DNA of 44,457 nucleotides from Nanobdellota archaeon (GTDB taxonomy: Archaea > Nanobdellota > Nanobdellia > Woesearchaeales > JAHWHD01), in NCBI GenBank assembly GCA_034722435.1, contig JAYENX010000015.1, positions 1 through 44,457 on the forward strand, read 5' to 3'. A model generated the notes under the pieces. The model saw only the letters and a list, made by a program, of their open reading frames with translations. It was not told the origin of the DNA and did no database searches. A program made the position numbers and the translations under genes. This document shows positions 10,120 through 20,581 of this stretch, one piece after another; the first letter of the stretch is position 1; each line of letters starts with the position of its first letter.

Positions 10120-10917
10120 TTACCCAATAAACTTTTTCATTCTATTAACAAAATCTGTAGCATCTTTCTTATATTTATCATAAGCTTTACCAGAAATTTC
10201 TTTGACTTGCCTATGCATAATCATTTTTGATAATTTATAAAAATTTCTCATGATATTTGCATACCTTGGCTCAAGCAACTTTTTCTTTACAAGCCTCTCA
10301 TCAAGCATATCAGCTACGTGATTTGGTGATGCAGGAATTTCGCCCATCCTCATAAGAGCAGCATGTGCAGCGTCTATAACAGCCCAGTATAAATCAAGTG
10401 TACCTTGCATTACATGCCATGAAGAGTTAACTATTGATCTTGGCGCTCTATCAAAATATGTATATATACTTTCAAGTGTTGGCCTTATCCTGCCTTGCCT
10501 TAATAATTCTTGTAACGGCGCAAAAAATCCAGTATCAACAACAGGAACACCATCTCTAAGTATGTTTATTCCTACAGGATCCCCATTTCTAATATATTCC
10601 CAGAACGCAGTATATTTCATTGAAACAACATGAAGTTTCTTGCTAGTATCAATAATAGCTTTCTCAGTTATTATTCTATAAGTTTGCACTACTTCTTGAC
10701 TTAACTGTATATTAAGATCATCCAATACTAAAAGAACATCAATATCGCTAAGGTTTCCTTTTCCACCTTTAGCAGTACTACCAAAAAGAATGATACCCAT
10801 AATAAAATCTCCAAATTCATCATATACCTTTTTAGCAAACTTTCTTACTATTTGAAGATCATCATGATTATATTTAGAAAGGTTGGGATTTTTCCTTCTC
10901 TTGATATCTGCTTTCAT
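10120..10917 (-). CDS. Minimal nucleotidyltransferase fused to a HEPN-like domain
   Basis: ILFGSTAKG..SDIDVLLV; C-terminal YWAVIDAAHAAL helix typical of HEPN. Confidence 0.75.
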   Translation of the reverse strand: MKADIKRRKNPNLSKYNHDDLQIVRKFAKKVYDEFGDFIMGIILFGSTAKGGKGNLSDIDVLLVLDDLNIQLSQEVVQTYRIITEKAIIDTSKKLHVVSMKYTAFWEYIRNGDPVGINILRDGVPVVDTGFFAPLQELLRQGRIRPTLESIYTYFDRAPRSIVNSSWHVMQGTLDLYWAVIDAAHAALMRMGEIPASPNHVADMLDERLVKKKLLEPRYANIMRNFYKLSKMIMHRQVKEISGKAYDKYKKDATDFVNRMKKFIG

Positions 10918-11022
10918 TATTGTATAGTTATTTCTTTTCGGCTTTAAAAGGTTTTATAATTATTTTCAAGTAGCAAAAACTCTTACCATACTTTTAAAAA
11001 CATTAACTACAACAATTATCTC

Positions 11023-11658
11023 ATGAGTGAAAAATCTCTTGAAAAAGCAATCAAGGATAAAATAAAACCTTTACTTGATAAAGTAACTAGAGAATCTCTA
11101 GGTTTTTCTATTGAAAAATTAAACGAAGACATTATCGATAAGCTGGAAAAGCCTGTGCTAAGATTCAAAATAGATACATCTATTCCATTCAAAATAGCTA
11201 AAAAGGATTTCAAAAAACAATTTTTCGAGAACTTATTAAGGGGCCACCTTGGAAACATTTCAGAAGTAGCAAGAATATCTGGCATGGACCGACGTTCAGT
11301 TCATCGAGCAATAAAAGACCTTGACATAAATATTGACAAGTATAGAGAAGAAATGATACGTCCTGATCAATATCGGGTAGAGGTTGTTGATGAAGCTGTT
11401 AAAGATTCGTTAGAAGAATTTAAAGAAATAATTAATCAAGATAAACTCAAAAATATTTACCAATCAATCATGGAAAAAGATGAAATTAAACACATCCCTC
11501 TAAGGGAGCCTAAATTCGACGAATCAGAAAAAGAATTTGAACGTCAATACATTGAATATGCACTAAGAGAAAACAACCATTTAATCACAAAAACCGCAAA
11601 AAAGATAGGTCTAAGATACGAAACTTTAATTAGAAAGATGAAAAGTTTAGGTCTTTAA
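11023..11658 (+). CDS. Protein with two Fis-type HTH motifs
   Basis: GNISEVARISGMDRRSVHRAIK and FERQYIEYALREN..ITKTAKKIGLRYETLIRKMK. Confidence 0.65.
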   Translation: MSEKSLEKAIKDKIKPLLDKVTRESLGFSIEKLNEDIIDKLEKPVLRFKIDTSIPFKIAKKDFKKQFFENLLRGHLGNISEVARISGMDRRSVHRAIKDLDINIDKYREEMIRPDQYRVEVVDEAVKDSLEEFKEIINQDKLKNIYQSIMEKDEIKHIPLREPKFDESEKEFERQYIEYALRENNHLITKTAKKIGLRYETLIRKMKSLGL

Positions 11659-11660
11659 TT

Positions 11661-11678
11661 AATAATAATAATAATAAT
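11661..11678. repeat. (AAT)6 tract between convergent stop codons
   Basis: Direct reading. Confidence 0.8.
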
Positions 11679-11691
11679 ATCCCTAAAATAA

Positions 11692-12006
11692 TTACTCCAA
11701 TCCTAGTTTAAACAATTTAAACATTGACTCATTTTCATCAGGAAAAGTAATTGAAAACTCATAAGAATTATACGCAAATATAGAATTTAGACTTTCTATT
11801 TTAAACCTAAAAAACTGTCCTTCATCATCAAATATATCTAAAATAATATCAACTATTTTGGATGTTTTAACAATCTCAAATACTTCAGAATCTATTTCAG
11901 TATCATAAAAAAAGAGTTTCACTTCACTAATCCCGTTAATATCTAAAAATTTTTTTATCTTATTAGCTACAACTTTATAATCAAAAGTATCATATTTTAA
12001 TTCCAT
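11692..12006 (-). CDS. Hypothetical protein
   Basis: ORF track. Confidence 0.5.
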   Translation of the reverse strand: MELKYDTFDYKVVANKIKKFLDINGISEVKLFFYDTEIDSEVFEIVKTSKIVDIILDIFDDEGQFFRFKIESLNSIFAYNSYEFSITFPDENESMFKLFKLGLE

Positions 12007-12054
12007 GTTAATATGAATAAATGTACAGTTAATAAATCTAACTTAGAATATACT

Positions 12055-13110
12055 TTAATCAAACAGATCAATAGACTTCTTTGGTTGCATTAAACCCTTC
12101 GAATGTTTATACTCTGCGTCAAACAAATCTTTAGTATCTAAAAGTTCTCTCTCAATTCCAGAATCAATATGTCTTGTACTATATTGAAATGCTAAACTTT
12201 TAGCTATATGTTTTAAACTTTTTGCAAGCATATTATCAGCTACATAACCTTTCTCGGCCTCTTCAAGAAGACCATTTAACTTAGTAACTTTATCATATCT
12301 TGCCATAATGGCAGCACCTTTAATTATGTCCAATTTAGGAAGCTTTTGTTTTAAATCATCCATATGAGATTCTACTGTACTTTGCATATCTAAAATTTCA
12401 TTATAAGCAGATTCAATTTCAGGAACTGCACTGATAAAAGTTCTTTTACACATCATCTCAGTTCTTCCAAGAGAAACTCTTCTTGAAATATATTCACGAG
12501 CCAACGCATTCTCAAACAAAGCAGCGGCAGTATATTTACCACCCTTTTCACAAAGTCCGCTCATATGTTCATAAAGCTGTATTCTAGCATCGCTTGCACC
12601 AACACTAAACCTTCCGCCTTCAATATTATTCTGTATTTGTTCAATAGAGTCCTTAGCAAATTTAGCTTGTTTAACTGGTCTATGTGTTGATATATGAAGA
12701 AGGTCTTGTTCATAATCCATTCCAAATACAAGTCTAGACGCTATCATAAGATCAAGTTCATCAGAAACTTCATTCAAAAATCCAGTAAATTCATTTTTCA
12801 GTCCCGCTTTCGCAGTATTTCCTAAAAAAGTATCAACCACATCTTTCTGATATTTTGCATGTTCAATTAAAACTCTATCAGAAGAATCTGTTTTATGAAA
12901 ATATTTTGCATCAGCATCAAGTTTTATTTTATCTTCAATACTTTCAGGTTCAATCTCAAAAGATTCAGAACTCTTTAAACCTGCTACTTTTTCTAAACCT
13001 TGTAGTGCACCATCAAATAAATTCCAAATACCGCTTAACATATACGTAGAAGAAGAGGTCCATATATAAAGCTTATTGATTTTAGTCACTAATAAGTTAC
13101 TAAATAACAT
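12055..13110 (-). CDS. Hypothetical helical protein
   Basis: ORF track; true start probably MLSGIWN. Confidence 0.55.
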   Translation of the reverse strand: MLFSNLLVTKINKLYIWTSSSTYMLSGIWNLFDGALQGLEKVAGLKSSESFEIEPESIEDKIKLDADAKYFHKTDSSDRVLIEHAKYQKDVVDTFLGNTAKAGLKNEFTGFLNEVSDELDLMIASRLVFGMDYEQDLLHISTHRPVKQAKFAKDSIEQIQNNIEGGRFSVGASDARIQLYEHMSGLCEKGGKYTAAALFENALAREYISRRVSLGRTEMMCKRTFISAVPEIESAYNEILDMQSTVESHMDDLKQKLPKLDIIKGAAIMARYDKVTKLNGLLEEAEKGYVADNMLAKSLKHIAKSLAFQYSTRHIDSGIERELLDTKDLFDAEYKHSKGLMQPKKSIDLFD

Positions 13111-13237
13111 AAACTCAGATTAGCTCAGACTATGACTTTTTTGTCACACATTTAACAAGTTCATTTAAATAGTCTTTATAAATGTCTAGAACATACTAAT
13201 AAAAGGCAGATAAATATGTCATATTAACATTATAAAA

Positions 13238-13537
13238 ATGGATTATTTAAAAATATTAGAACAAACCGGGAAAGATATGTATGTCGCTTTTTTTGGTGCA
13301 AAAGCATATGCAGATTCTATGCCATCCAAAATCCCTCCAATCTCGCCCATGAACCAGTACACTTCAGACTTGAGCAATATATTAACAAAATATTTATCTA
13401 AAGCAGCAGACCTTGGAAAAGAATGCCTTGATAAAAATATTCCTGAAGATCTAAAAAACTACGCATCAGAATTAGTAGACATGGTTGAAAAATATATACC
13501 TAAAACTCCCAAATATTCTTGTGCAACATGCAAATAA
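13238..13537 (+). CDS. Hypothetical protein with C-terminal CxxC
   Basis: ORF track. Confidence 0.5.
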   Translation: MDYLKILEQTGKDMYVAFFGAKAYADSMPSKIPPISPMNQYTSDLSNILTKYLSKAADLGKECLDKNIPEDLKNYASELVDMVEKYIPKTPKYSCATCK

Positions 13538-13538
13538 C

Positions 13539-14060
13539 CTATTTTGAATAAACTCTAACCTTTATTCCAGAAATTTCAAATTCTTTCTCAATTTTCATAT
13601 TCTTTAAAAAATAAAGATTAGAATAAACAATAACTTTGCCTGATAACTCTTTTACAAACTTCTTCTCAAGTTTATCAAGTTCCTGGTCAGGGTTCACAAA
13701 TAACCAATTATATCCAGATAAATTAAGATTCATATAATCATCACACATAAAATTAGCATCAATCTTAAGATTCAAAGCAAACTCTTGCGATTTCTTAACA
13801 AGTTCATCATCACATTCTATTCCTGAAACTGAATCACAAAATAAAGAAGCTATCATTACAACTTTCCCGTCCCCAGACCCTAAATCCATAAATTTCCCAT
13901 TAACAGCTAATTTCTTGAAAATTTCAAACACATCATCAGCTGAACTAACGCCCCACATTCCGAGCTTAGTATCTTTAAGAGGTACTTTTCCAGAAAGATA
14001 AAATTGTTTATAATATTCCCTATATTGTCTTTTTATAGAACTAAACTTCAAAAGTCTCAT
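13539..14060 (-). CDS. Class I SAM-dependent methyltransferase
   Basis: FMDLGSGDGKVV, GIECD. Confidence 0.8.
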   Translation of the reverse strand: MRLLKFSSIKRQYREYYKQFYLSGKVPLKDTKLGMWGVSSADDVFEIFKKLAVNGKFMDLGSGDGKVVMIASLFCDSVSGIECDDELVKKSQEFALNLKIDANFMCDDYMNLNLSGYNWLFVNPDQELDKLEKKFVKELSGKVIVYSNLYFLKNMKIEKEFEISGIKVRVYSK

Positions 14061-15928
14061 TCTAATCCTAAACCGGACCAGAACGGAGCTCCTTTGAACT
14101 CATTACTCGGAGAATATTCTCCAAATATATAAGTAGGAGAGTTAGCCCTTCCAAAATAAGAATGTTGTACATTTGTCCAATGAACTCTTTCGGCGCCATA
14201 GATTGGCGACCCAAAAACATCCCAACCGCCTAACATTGCACGCCATCCTGCCCCACCTGCTTGACCACCGGCCTCAACAACAACATCAGTTATACCGTGC
14301 TTTTTTATTCTTTGTATAAAATTTTGTAAACGTTCTTTTGTAAGAATTCCTTGCCCCGGCGTAAGATGTTCATCCTCATAACCAAAATTATCTGATACGT
14401 GCACGTGACCTATGATCCCATTCTCTAAAAGGTTCTCAACCTTTTTATCAACCCATTTATGAAAATCTTTATCCTTGCCATTAAAATATTTTTTCCAAGT
14501 ATATACATGACCAATATCAAAAGTGGCTTTAATATGTCTTTTTGCAAGTTCTTTAGCCCTTGATTCACCATATTTTTCCTTATTCAGCTCAATAAAACGT
14601 TTTCTTGAAGTCTGGACAATTTCCTTTAACTCATCAGGATGACTACCATAAGTTTCAGGAAAAATATTTTCAGGAGATATATACAAAGGCTTTTCTAATT
14701 TAGCAGCTTTAGTTTTTTGCATTGCATACTTTGCAAGCTTAGCAATAGAATCTGCAGTTTTTTGAATTCCATATTCTTTAATAGTCTTAATATTTTTCAG
14801 AGTTTCGTTCATTTTGTAAGCTTGTCGTCTACTCGAAATACCAATCTCTCGACCATACGCAATATTTCTCTCATTATCATCTAACCTAGTTTTATAAAAT
14901 CCTACAGGATCCATACCTCTACATTCATCTTTATGAGCATTTGTTATTTTACTCCATTCTTCTTTAGCAGCTTCGCTACCCTCGCCAAGTTTATCATTTA
15001 TTATCTTTTTCAATCTTTGAAAATAATTATGTTTCTCGATAAGCTGAGTTCTTTCAGCGGTTCCGCTAATATAATGTCTTTCGTACTCTCTTGCCTGACC
15101 TAAAGAATGACCCAATTCACGTTGTTGTTGCTGCGTAAAAAAATCAACTACAATTTTATCCTCTGATTCTCCCCGCGCAGTTCCTTCATCATAAAAATCT
15201 TGAAAAGTTTTCTTTTTAACAATAATATTTCCAGTGTCATCTGTTTGATATTTAGGAATCACCCGTCCAAATTCGTCATATACATTGCTTCCGTCAGCAT
15301 TTTTCAAATATTGTGGCGTCTTACCATCTTCTTCATATATTGGAACAGGCATAAACACCTCTTCATCTTGTCTAACTCCTTGTATAATCTTACCTGTTTT
15401 ACCATCTACAAGATGATGAATACGTTTATCTTTTTCTTCAGGATAAGCACTGAATTTTTCATCTTTAAAAGATCCATATATTGACCTAGGAAATTCTCCT
15501 GTATGAATAACCACTGCACCGCCTTCAGTTACATCTGCAGCAAAATCTACTGCCTTCTTTACCTCTGTTATATTCCTGCTACGAGTGGCATCATCAAAAG
15601 TATTATCTCTTCCAAGACCAGCAAAACCTGATACAGCTACAGAACTGTGTGTTGACAATTTTACTTCGTTAACTTTTGCCAATTCTTTCAAAGCAAGCCG
15701 TTCATCTCTACCGTAACTTTCAGGTGTAGGAGAATTTTGTCCTTTGTTACCTTTACCCGTACCCGTAAAACCTATCTCAACTCTAGAAGCGCCCTGAAAA
15801 ACAGCAGCTTTCAAACTTTCAAGAGCATCCTTGGCAGGGTGCGTAGAAACTCCTATGTTTTTAGGACTTAAACCTATATCTTCATAATCTTTATCCATAG
15901 GATGGTAATAACCAGTATTAAATATCAT
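14057..15928 (-). CDS. Sugar-phosphate isomerase/AP-endonuclease-2 family TIM barrel with a large insertion
   Basis: STHS, VVIHTGE, PENIFPE, TFDIGH, HVHVSDNFG..DEHLTPGQG, VVVE metal-binding motifs. Confidence 0.7.
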   Translation of the reverse strand: MIFNTGYYHPMDKDYEDIGLSPKNIGVSTHPAKDALESLKAAVFQGASRVEIGFTGTGKGNKGQNSPTPESYGRDERLALKELAKVNEVKLSTHSSVAVSGFAGLGRDNTFDDATRSRNITEVKKAVDFAADVTEGGAVVIHTGEFPRSIYGSFKDEKFSAYPEEKDKRIHHLVDGKTGKIIQGVRQDEEVFMPVPIYEEDGKTPQYLKNADGSNVYDEFGRVIPKYQTDDTGNIIVKKKTFQDFYDEGTARGESEDKIVVDFFTQQQQRELGHSLGQAREYERHYISGTAERTQLIEKHNYFQRLKKIINDKLGEGSEAAKEEWSKITNAHKDECRGMDPVGFYKTRLDDNERNIAYGREIGISSRRQAYKMNETLKNIKTIKEYGIQKTADSIAKLAKYAMQKTKAAKLEKPLYISPENIFPETYGSHPDELKEIVQTSRKRFIELNKEKYGESRAKELAKRHIKATFDIGHVYTWKKYFNGKDKDFHKWVDKKVENLLENGIIGHVHVSDNFGYEDEHLTPGQGILTKERLQNFIQRIKKHGITDVVVEAGGQAGGAGWRAMLGGWDVFGSPIYGAERVHWTNVQHSYFGRANSPTYIFGEYSPSNEFKGAPFWSGLGLE

Positions 15929-15938
15929 TTAACTCTAA

Positions 15939-16382
15939 CTACCTCATTATAGGTTTTTCATAACCTAATTCTTTCCAAGTTTCAGTTGCCGTATCAGTCA
16001 TTTCTGACTTATAACTTCCTGCAACCTCATCTTTCTTATACTTAACATCATCATTTCTTGTATAAGTTGCTTTCATCTCTTCAATCTTCTGATCAACCTC
16101 ATTTGTTACAACATTATACTGCGCACGTTCTTCAATATTATTAGTTTCTTCTTTAACAGCATCTTCAAGATTATCTTCTTGTATATGTTTAAACAATTTC
16201 TCAAGCTTAGTTTCCTCAGATTCCTGTTCAATCTCAATATTACTTTTCTCTATCAAATCTTCAGCAACTTTCAATTCATCCTGCATTTCTTTTTCAATTG
16301 CAGCCTGCCTAACTCTAAGTACTTTAATCCTTTCTTCAGGAGTAAGTTTTTCAAGTTCCTTTAAATCCGTATTATCAACCAT
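15939..16382 (-). CDS. Acidic coiled-coil hypothetical protein
   Basis: ORF track. Confidence 0.55.
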   Translation of the reverse strand: MVDNTDLKELEKLTPEERIKVLRVRQAAIEKEMQDELKVAEDLIEKSNIEIEQESEETKLEKLFKHIQEDNLEDAVKEETNNIEERAQYNVVTNEVDQKIEEMKATYTRNDDVKYKKDEVAGSYKSEMTDTATETWKELGYEKPIMR

Positions 16383-16397
16383 TATTTTTTATTTAAT

Positions 16398-17837
16398 CTA
16401 CCACGCCATGAACTTATGAGCTTTCTTAAAATTTTTAAATATTGCCCATGTAGTACCTTTTGCATGTTTACCAGCACTAGCAGCATTAGATTTAAATTTT
16501 AAAGGATGTATTAAAGGTGCAGCTTTTTTAGATTTATTCTTCGGAACCTTTCTAGGCAAAAATGCGCCAGCTAACTCTCCAAATCCTTTAAATATAGATA
16601 CAAACGGATCAAGACCGCCAGGTATTGCAGACTTCTTTTTTTCAAGTTTTTTATCTTCTTCAACAAACTCTCCACTATCTTTAAGAAACCCTTTCAAGTC
16701 AGAACCTAAAGCATCAATTGCAGCTTTTATAGAATCATTAATACTTCCTAATAACTCAAAATCTTCTTCATCACGCACTTTCAAATAATTATCCAACTGT
16801 TCTTGGGTCCATGAATACGCACGAAGATTAAACTCTACCTTACCAACATGTAAAGGACCTTTATGTCTGTATTCATCTTGATGATACGGCATTGTAGGCG
16901 ATGTCCTATAATTAAACTGCGCACTTAATATTGAATAATGACTTCCAAACTTTCGCTTCCCCATCACTTCCACTTCAAGCAACGAACCTTCAAAAGCGCT
17001 TACTAAATCAGGATTCTTGAGCTGGTCAGGATTCATGGATAAAAGTTTTGTATATTTCAAGTACGGTTTAACCCATGCCATGTACATTCTAATAACATTA
17101 TAATGTTGTCTAAGATATTTCAATGTAAATTTATTACGCGTTTTAAGTTCTTCAAAAGTTTTCTCTTTCCAATCAAGATAAGCATAAATCTTCCTTTTCA
17201 ATACCTCTCTAACTTTCCGATTAAATTCAAGCTTATCAACTACACCACCCACTTTTTCTTTCTTTCCTGGATGTGTTGAGAAAAATAAATCTGGGAGCGT
17301 GACAAACCCAACTTCACGAGCCATCCCATAAACCGATGCAGGATTCTTCGTACCCCCCTCAACCTGGTCAACCCATATACCTTTAAGCACAATCTCTGCA
17401 GTTTTATCGCCAGCATAACTATTGTTATAATAATCTAACTTTTGTTTCAGAACACGTAACTCACGAACCATTTGAAAAAGATCTTTTACAAGTTTACCAA
17501 TCTGAGCAAACAATCCTGAAGCTCTATCCTGTGTAACTCCCAGTCTTGCCTGTGTAGCTCCAAAGAAACTTGAACTTTGTGATGCAGCAAACGCATCAGA
17601 TATTTTTACAAGTTCATTATAACTCCCATCATTTCTCATACTAGTAGTAACCCAAAAATATGCATTTTCCATAGAAACATTCTGGGCTTCCCAAATAAAT
17701 CTAAAATGACATAACGGTTTTGGATATCCAGTTTTAACAAAATTACCTTTAAACATCTCAAAACTCTCTTCTTTAAACTTATACTTACCAAGTAATTCGG
17801 ATGTTGAAGCCATATAGAATTTATATATAAAGAACAT
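16398..17837 (-). CDS. Hypothetical protein (DPANN-type)
   Basis: Long ORF, typical codon usage. Confidence 0.65.
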   Translation of the reverse strand: MFFIYKFYMASTSELLGKYKFKEESFEMFKGNFVKTGYPKPLCHFRFIWEAQNVSMENAYFWVTTSMRNDGSYNELVKISDAFAASQSSSFFGATQARLGVTQDRASGLFAQIGKLVKDLFQMVRELRVLKQKLDYYNNSYAGDKTAEIVLKGIWVDQVEGGTKNPASVYGMAREVGFVTLPDLFFSTHPGKKEKVGGVVDKLEFNRKVREVLKRKIYAYLDWKEKTFEELKTRNKFTLKYLRQHYNVIRMYMAWVKPYLKYTKLLSMNPDQLKNPDLVSAFEGSLLEVEVMGKRKFGSHYSILSAQFNYRTSPTMPYHQDEYRHKGPLHVGKVEFNLRAYSWTQEQLDNYLKVRDEEDFELLGSINDSIKAAIDALGSDLKGFLKDSGEFVEEDKKLEKKKSAIPGGLDPFVSIFKGFGELAGAFLPRKVPKNKSKKAAPLIHPLKFKSNAASAGKHAKGTTWAIFKNFKKAHKFMAW

Positions 17838-17907
17838 TTATAAATATATCGAATATTTTATATACAAAAACACATTTATAAATTAAAAATTATAGGGGGG
17901 ATTTAAG

Positions 17908-18666
17908 ATGATTGTTGGAAGCACATTTTTAATTATAGTTCTTGTATTATATATTGCAGCAGGTATTAAAATTGTTAAGGAATATGAACGCGGTGTACGT
18001 TTTACGCTAGGTAAATATACAGGGTTAGTAGGGCCAGGTCTAAAATTTATATGGCCAATTTTTCAAACCTGGGACAGGGTAGACATTAGAATAAAAACCG
18101 TTGATGTTCCTGATCAGGATGCCATAACAAAAGATAACGTATCTATCAAAGTAAACGCAGTTTTATATTTCAAGGTACACGAGGCAAATAAAGCAATTAT
18201 CCAGGTAGAACATTACGGTTACGCAGTATCACAACTTGCTCAAACCACTATGCGAGACGTTGTAGGTGAAGCTACATTAGACGAACTTCTTAGTAACAGA
18301 GACGAAATTTCTAAACGTATAAGAGAAATTGTTGATAAAGCAACAGACCCTTGGGGTATCAAAGTCGAATCAGTTGAACTTAAACATGTAGAACTACCTG
18401 AGAACTTGAAAAGGGTTATCGGTAAAGAAGCAGAAGCTGAGAGGGAGAAGAGAGCTGTAATTATCAAAGCACAAGGTGAAGTAATGGCAGCTAATAACAT
18501 GTCAAAGGCAGCAACCACTCTCAATAAATCGCCTGGCGCTCTTCATTTGCGAACACTTCAAAGCATTAACGATCTGAGCTCTGACCAAAGTAACACAGTA
18601 ATTTTCGCTGTACCTTTAGAAGTGTTAAGAGCTTTTGAAGGTATAAGTAAACTAAAAAAGAAATAA
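17908..18666 (+). CDS. SPFH/band 7 stomatin-like protein
   Basis: IVKEYERGVRFTLG, ITKDNV, LAQTTMRDVVG, WGIKVESVELK, LHLRTLQ. Confidence 0.95.
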   Translation: MIVGSTFLIIVLVLYIAAGIKIVKEYERGVRFTLGKYTGLVGPGLKFIWPIFQTWDRVDIRIKTVDVPDQDAITKDNVSIKVNAVLYFKVHEANKAIIQVEHYGYAVSQLAQTTMRDVVGEATLDELLSNRDEISKRIREIVDKATDPWGIKVESVELKHVELPENLKRVIGKEAEAEREKRAVIIKAQGEVMAANNMSKAATTLNKSPGALHLRTLQSINDLSSDQSNTVIFAVPLEVLRAFEGISKLKKK

Positions 18667-18696
18667 TTACAACAAAGTCGTAAGGAGGGATTAACA

Positions 18697-18981
18697 ATGG
18701 GAGAAAGAGTAGAAGCAATTTTAAGACTTTTTATTGCAATCATTACAGGCATACTTTTGTACATATTCGGTTATGTAATTGGACTTGTTAACTTTGTACA
18801 CTGGTTCTATGTAATAATTACAGGTAAAAGATCAAAATCTCTTGCAGAGTTTGCAAACAGTTATTGCAGTCTTTTGTACAACTACACAAGATATATGACC
18901 TTTACAACTAACGAAAGACCTATACCTTTTGGACCTTGGGAAGAAATAAAATCTGTTAATTTCCCGAAAAAGAGAAGGTAA
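18697..18981 (+). CDS. DUF4389-like membrane protein
   Basis: LRLFIAI..HWFYVIITGKR..Y.RYMTFTTNERPIPF. Confidence 0.7.
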   Translation: MGERVEAILRLFIAIITGILLYIFGYVIGLVNFVHWFYVIITGKRSKSLAEFANSYCSLLYNYTRYMTFTTNERPIPFGPWEEIKSVNFPKKRR

Positions 18982-19071
18982 TTTTATTTTTTTCTTATTT
19001 TTAAAATATTTCAATCATAATTATTCTAGTATCTAAATCAATATTAATAAACTCTCTTTCTTACAATTAAT

Positions 19072-19803
19072 ATGAAACTGCAAGGTAAAGTTGCATTAAT
19101 AACTGGGGCATCAAGAGGTATAGGAGCATCTATCGCTCTAACCTTTGCACAAGAAGGTGCAGTTATTGCTTTAAATTATAATAATTCTGAAAGATTTGCA
19201 AGAGCCATGGTTAGAGATATTCAAATATATACACAAGCTACAAGTTATAGAGCAGATATGTCAAATCTTGAACAAGTAAGAACTATGGTTGACAAAGTTA
19301 TATCAGACTATGGAAGACTTGACATTCTAGTTAACAATGCAGGGATACTTCACAGGAATTCATTTTTTGAATCAACTGAAGACATCTGGGACGAAACAAT
19401 GAACCTTAACTTAAAAGCTGTTTATTTCTGTTCACAATACGCTACACAACATATGACTGAAGGATCGATCATCAACATATCTTCATTATCAGGACAAAAA
19501 CCAGGGAAAAAAGATATTGAATACGGACTATCAAAATGCGGTGTTGAATTCATAACCTGCGCTTTAGCTAAAGCTCTCGCACCGAACATCAGAGTAAATG
19601 CAATCGCTCCAGGAAGAACATATACAGACATGACAGGTTATCGAACTAACCCTGCAAAGGAAGCAAAACGAATCAAAGAAATCCCTCTTAAAAGAATAAA
19701 TGAACCTGAAGATATAGCAAACTTAGCAGTTTTCCTTGCATCAGAACAAGCACGTCAAATCACTGGACAAATAATTAATGTAGACGGCGGTTCAGGGATT
19801 TAG
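19072..19803 (+). CDS. Short-chain dehydrogenase/reductase (FabG-like)
   Basis: TGASRGIG, NNAG, YGLSK, RVNAIAPG. Confidence 0.95.
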   Translation: MKLQGKVALITGASRGIGASIALTFAQEGAVIALNYNNSERFARAMVRDIQIYTQATSYRADMSNLEQVRTMVDKVISDYGRLDILVNNAGILHRNSFFESTEDIWDETMNLNLKAVYFCSQYATQHMTEGSIINISSLSGQKPGKKDIEYGLSKCGVEFITCALAKALAPNIRVNAIAPGRTYTDMTGYRTNPAKEAKRIKEIPLKRINEPEDIANLAVFLASEQARQITGQIINVDGGSGI

Positions 19804-19857
19804 TTTATTTATTTCAACAGAAAACTTTATTTAATAAGATGAAGTCATAATACTATT

Positions 19858-20478
19858 ATGAACAAAACTGAAACTACTTTTTTGAAAGTGTGTGAAGAGT
19901 TAGAAAATCTAGATAAAACATTTCTAATCAAAGGCGTACCTGAAGAATATAAAGAAATCTGGGTACCTAATAACGAAATAAAGTTATGGCAAATACCTAG
20001 AACATCTGGACAAATCTTGAAAGCGTTTGTTTTATCAAACAAATCAAAAACTGTTTTAGAACTTGGAACTTCTGCAGGCTATTCTACGATCTGGCTTGCC
20101 TCGGCAGCTAGCCAATTCAATGGTAAAGTGTATACTATCGAACTTGCAAAACCTAAGATTGAAATGGCAAAAAGATATTTCAAAAAAGCCGAATTAGAAA
20201 ATTATATTGAACAAATCGAAGGTAAAATTTCAGAAGTATTAAACAAATGGGATAAAGATCTTGATTTGATATTTCTTGACGCCGATAAACCTAATTATTT
20301 TAATTATATAAAACAATTCGAACCATTTCTAAAAATTGGCTCAATAATAATTGCAGATAACGCATCTGACTTTGGCCATTTAATGAAAGATTATCTAGAA
20401 TACGTTACTAACAATCCAAAATATTACAGCTTTCTATTAGATATAGACCACGGTTTAATGATTTCAATAAGATTATAA
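19858..20478 (+). CDS. O-methyltransferase (CCoAOMT/YrrM family)
   Basis: VLELGTSAGYST, IFLDADK, IIADN. Confidence 0.9.
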   Translation: MNKTETTFLKVCEELENLDKTFLIKGVPEEYKEIWVPNNEIKLWQIPRTSGQILKAFVLSNKSKTVLELGTSAGYSTIWLASAASQFNGKVYTIELAKPKIEMAKRYFKKAELENYIEQIEGKISEVLNKWDKDLDLIFLDADKPNYFNYIKQFEPFLKIGSIIIADNASDFGHLMKDYLEYVTNNPKYYSFLLDIDHGLMISIRL

Positions 20479-20581
20479 ACGAATGAATTATTATTATTAC
20501 CGAATAGAGATTAGTTTTTAATTATCCTATCTTTCGACCATATTGAATTATTTTTTAAAAGTCGTCAAACATTCGACAAAG

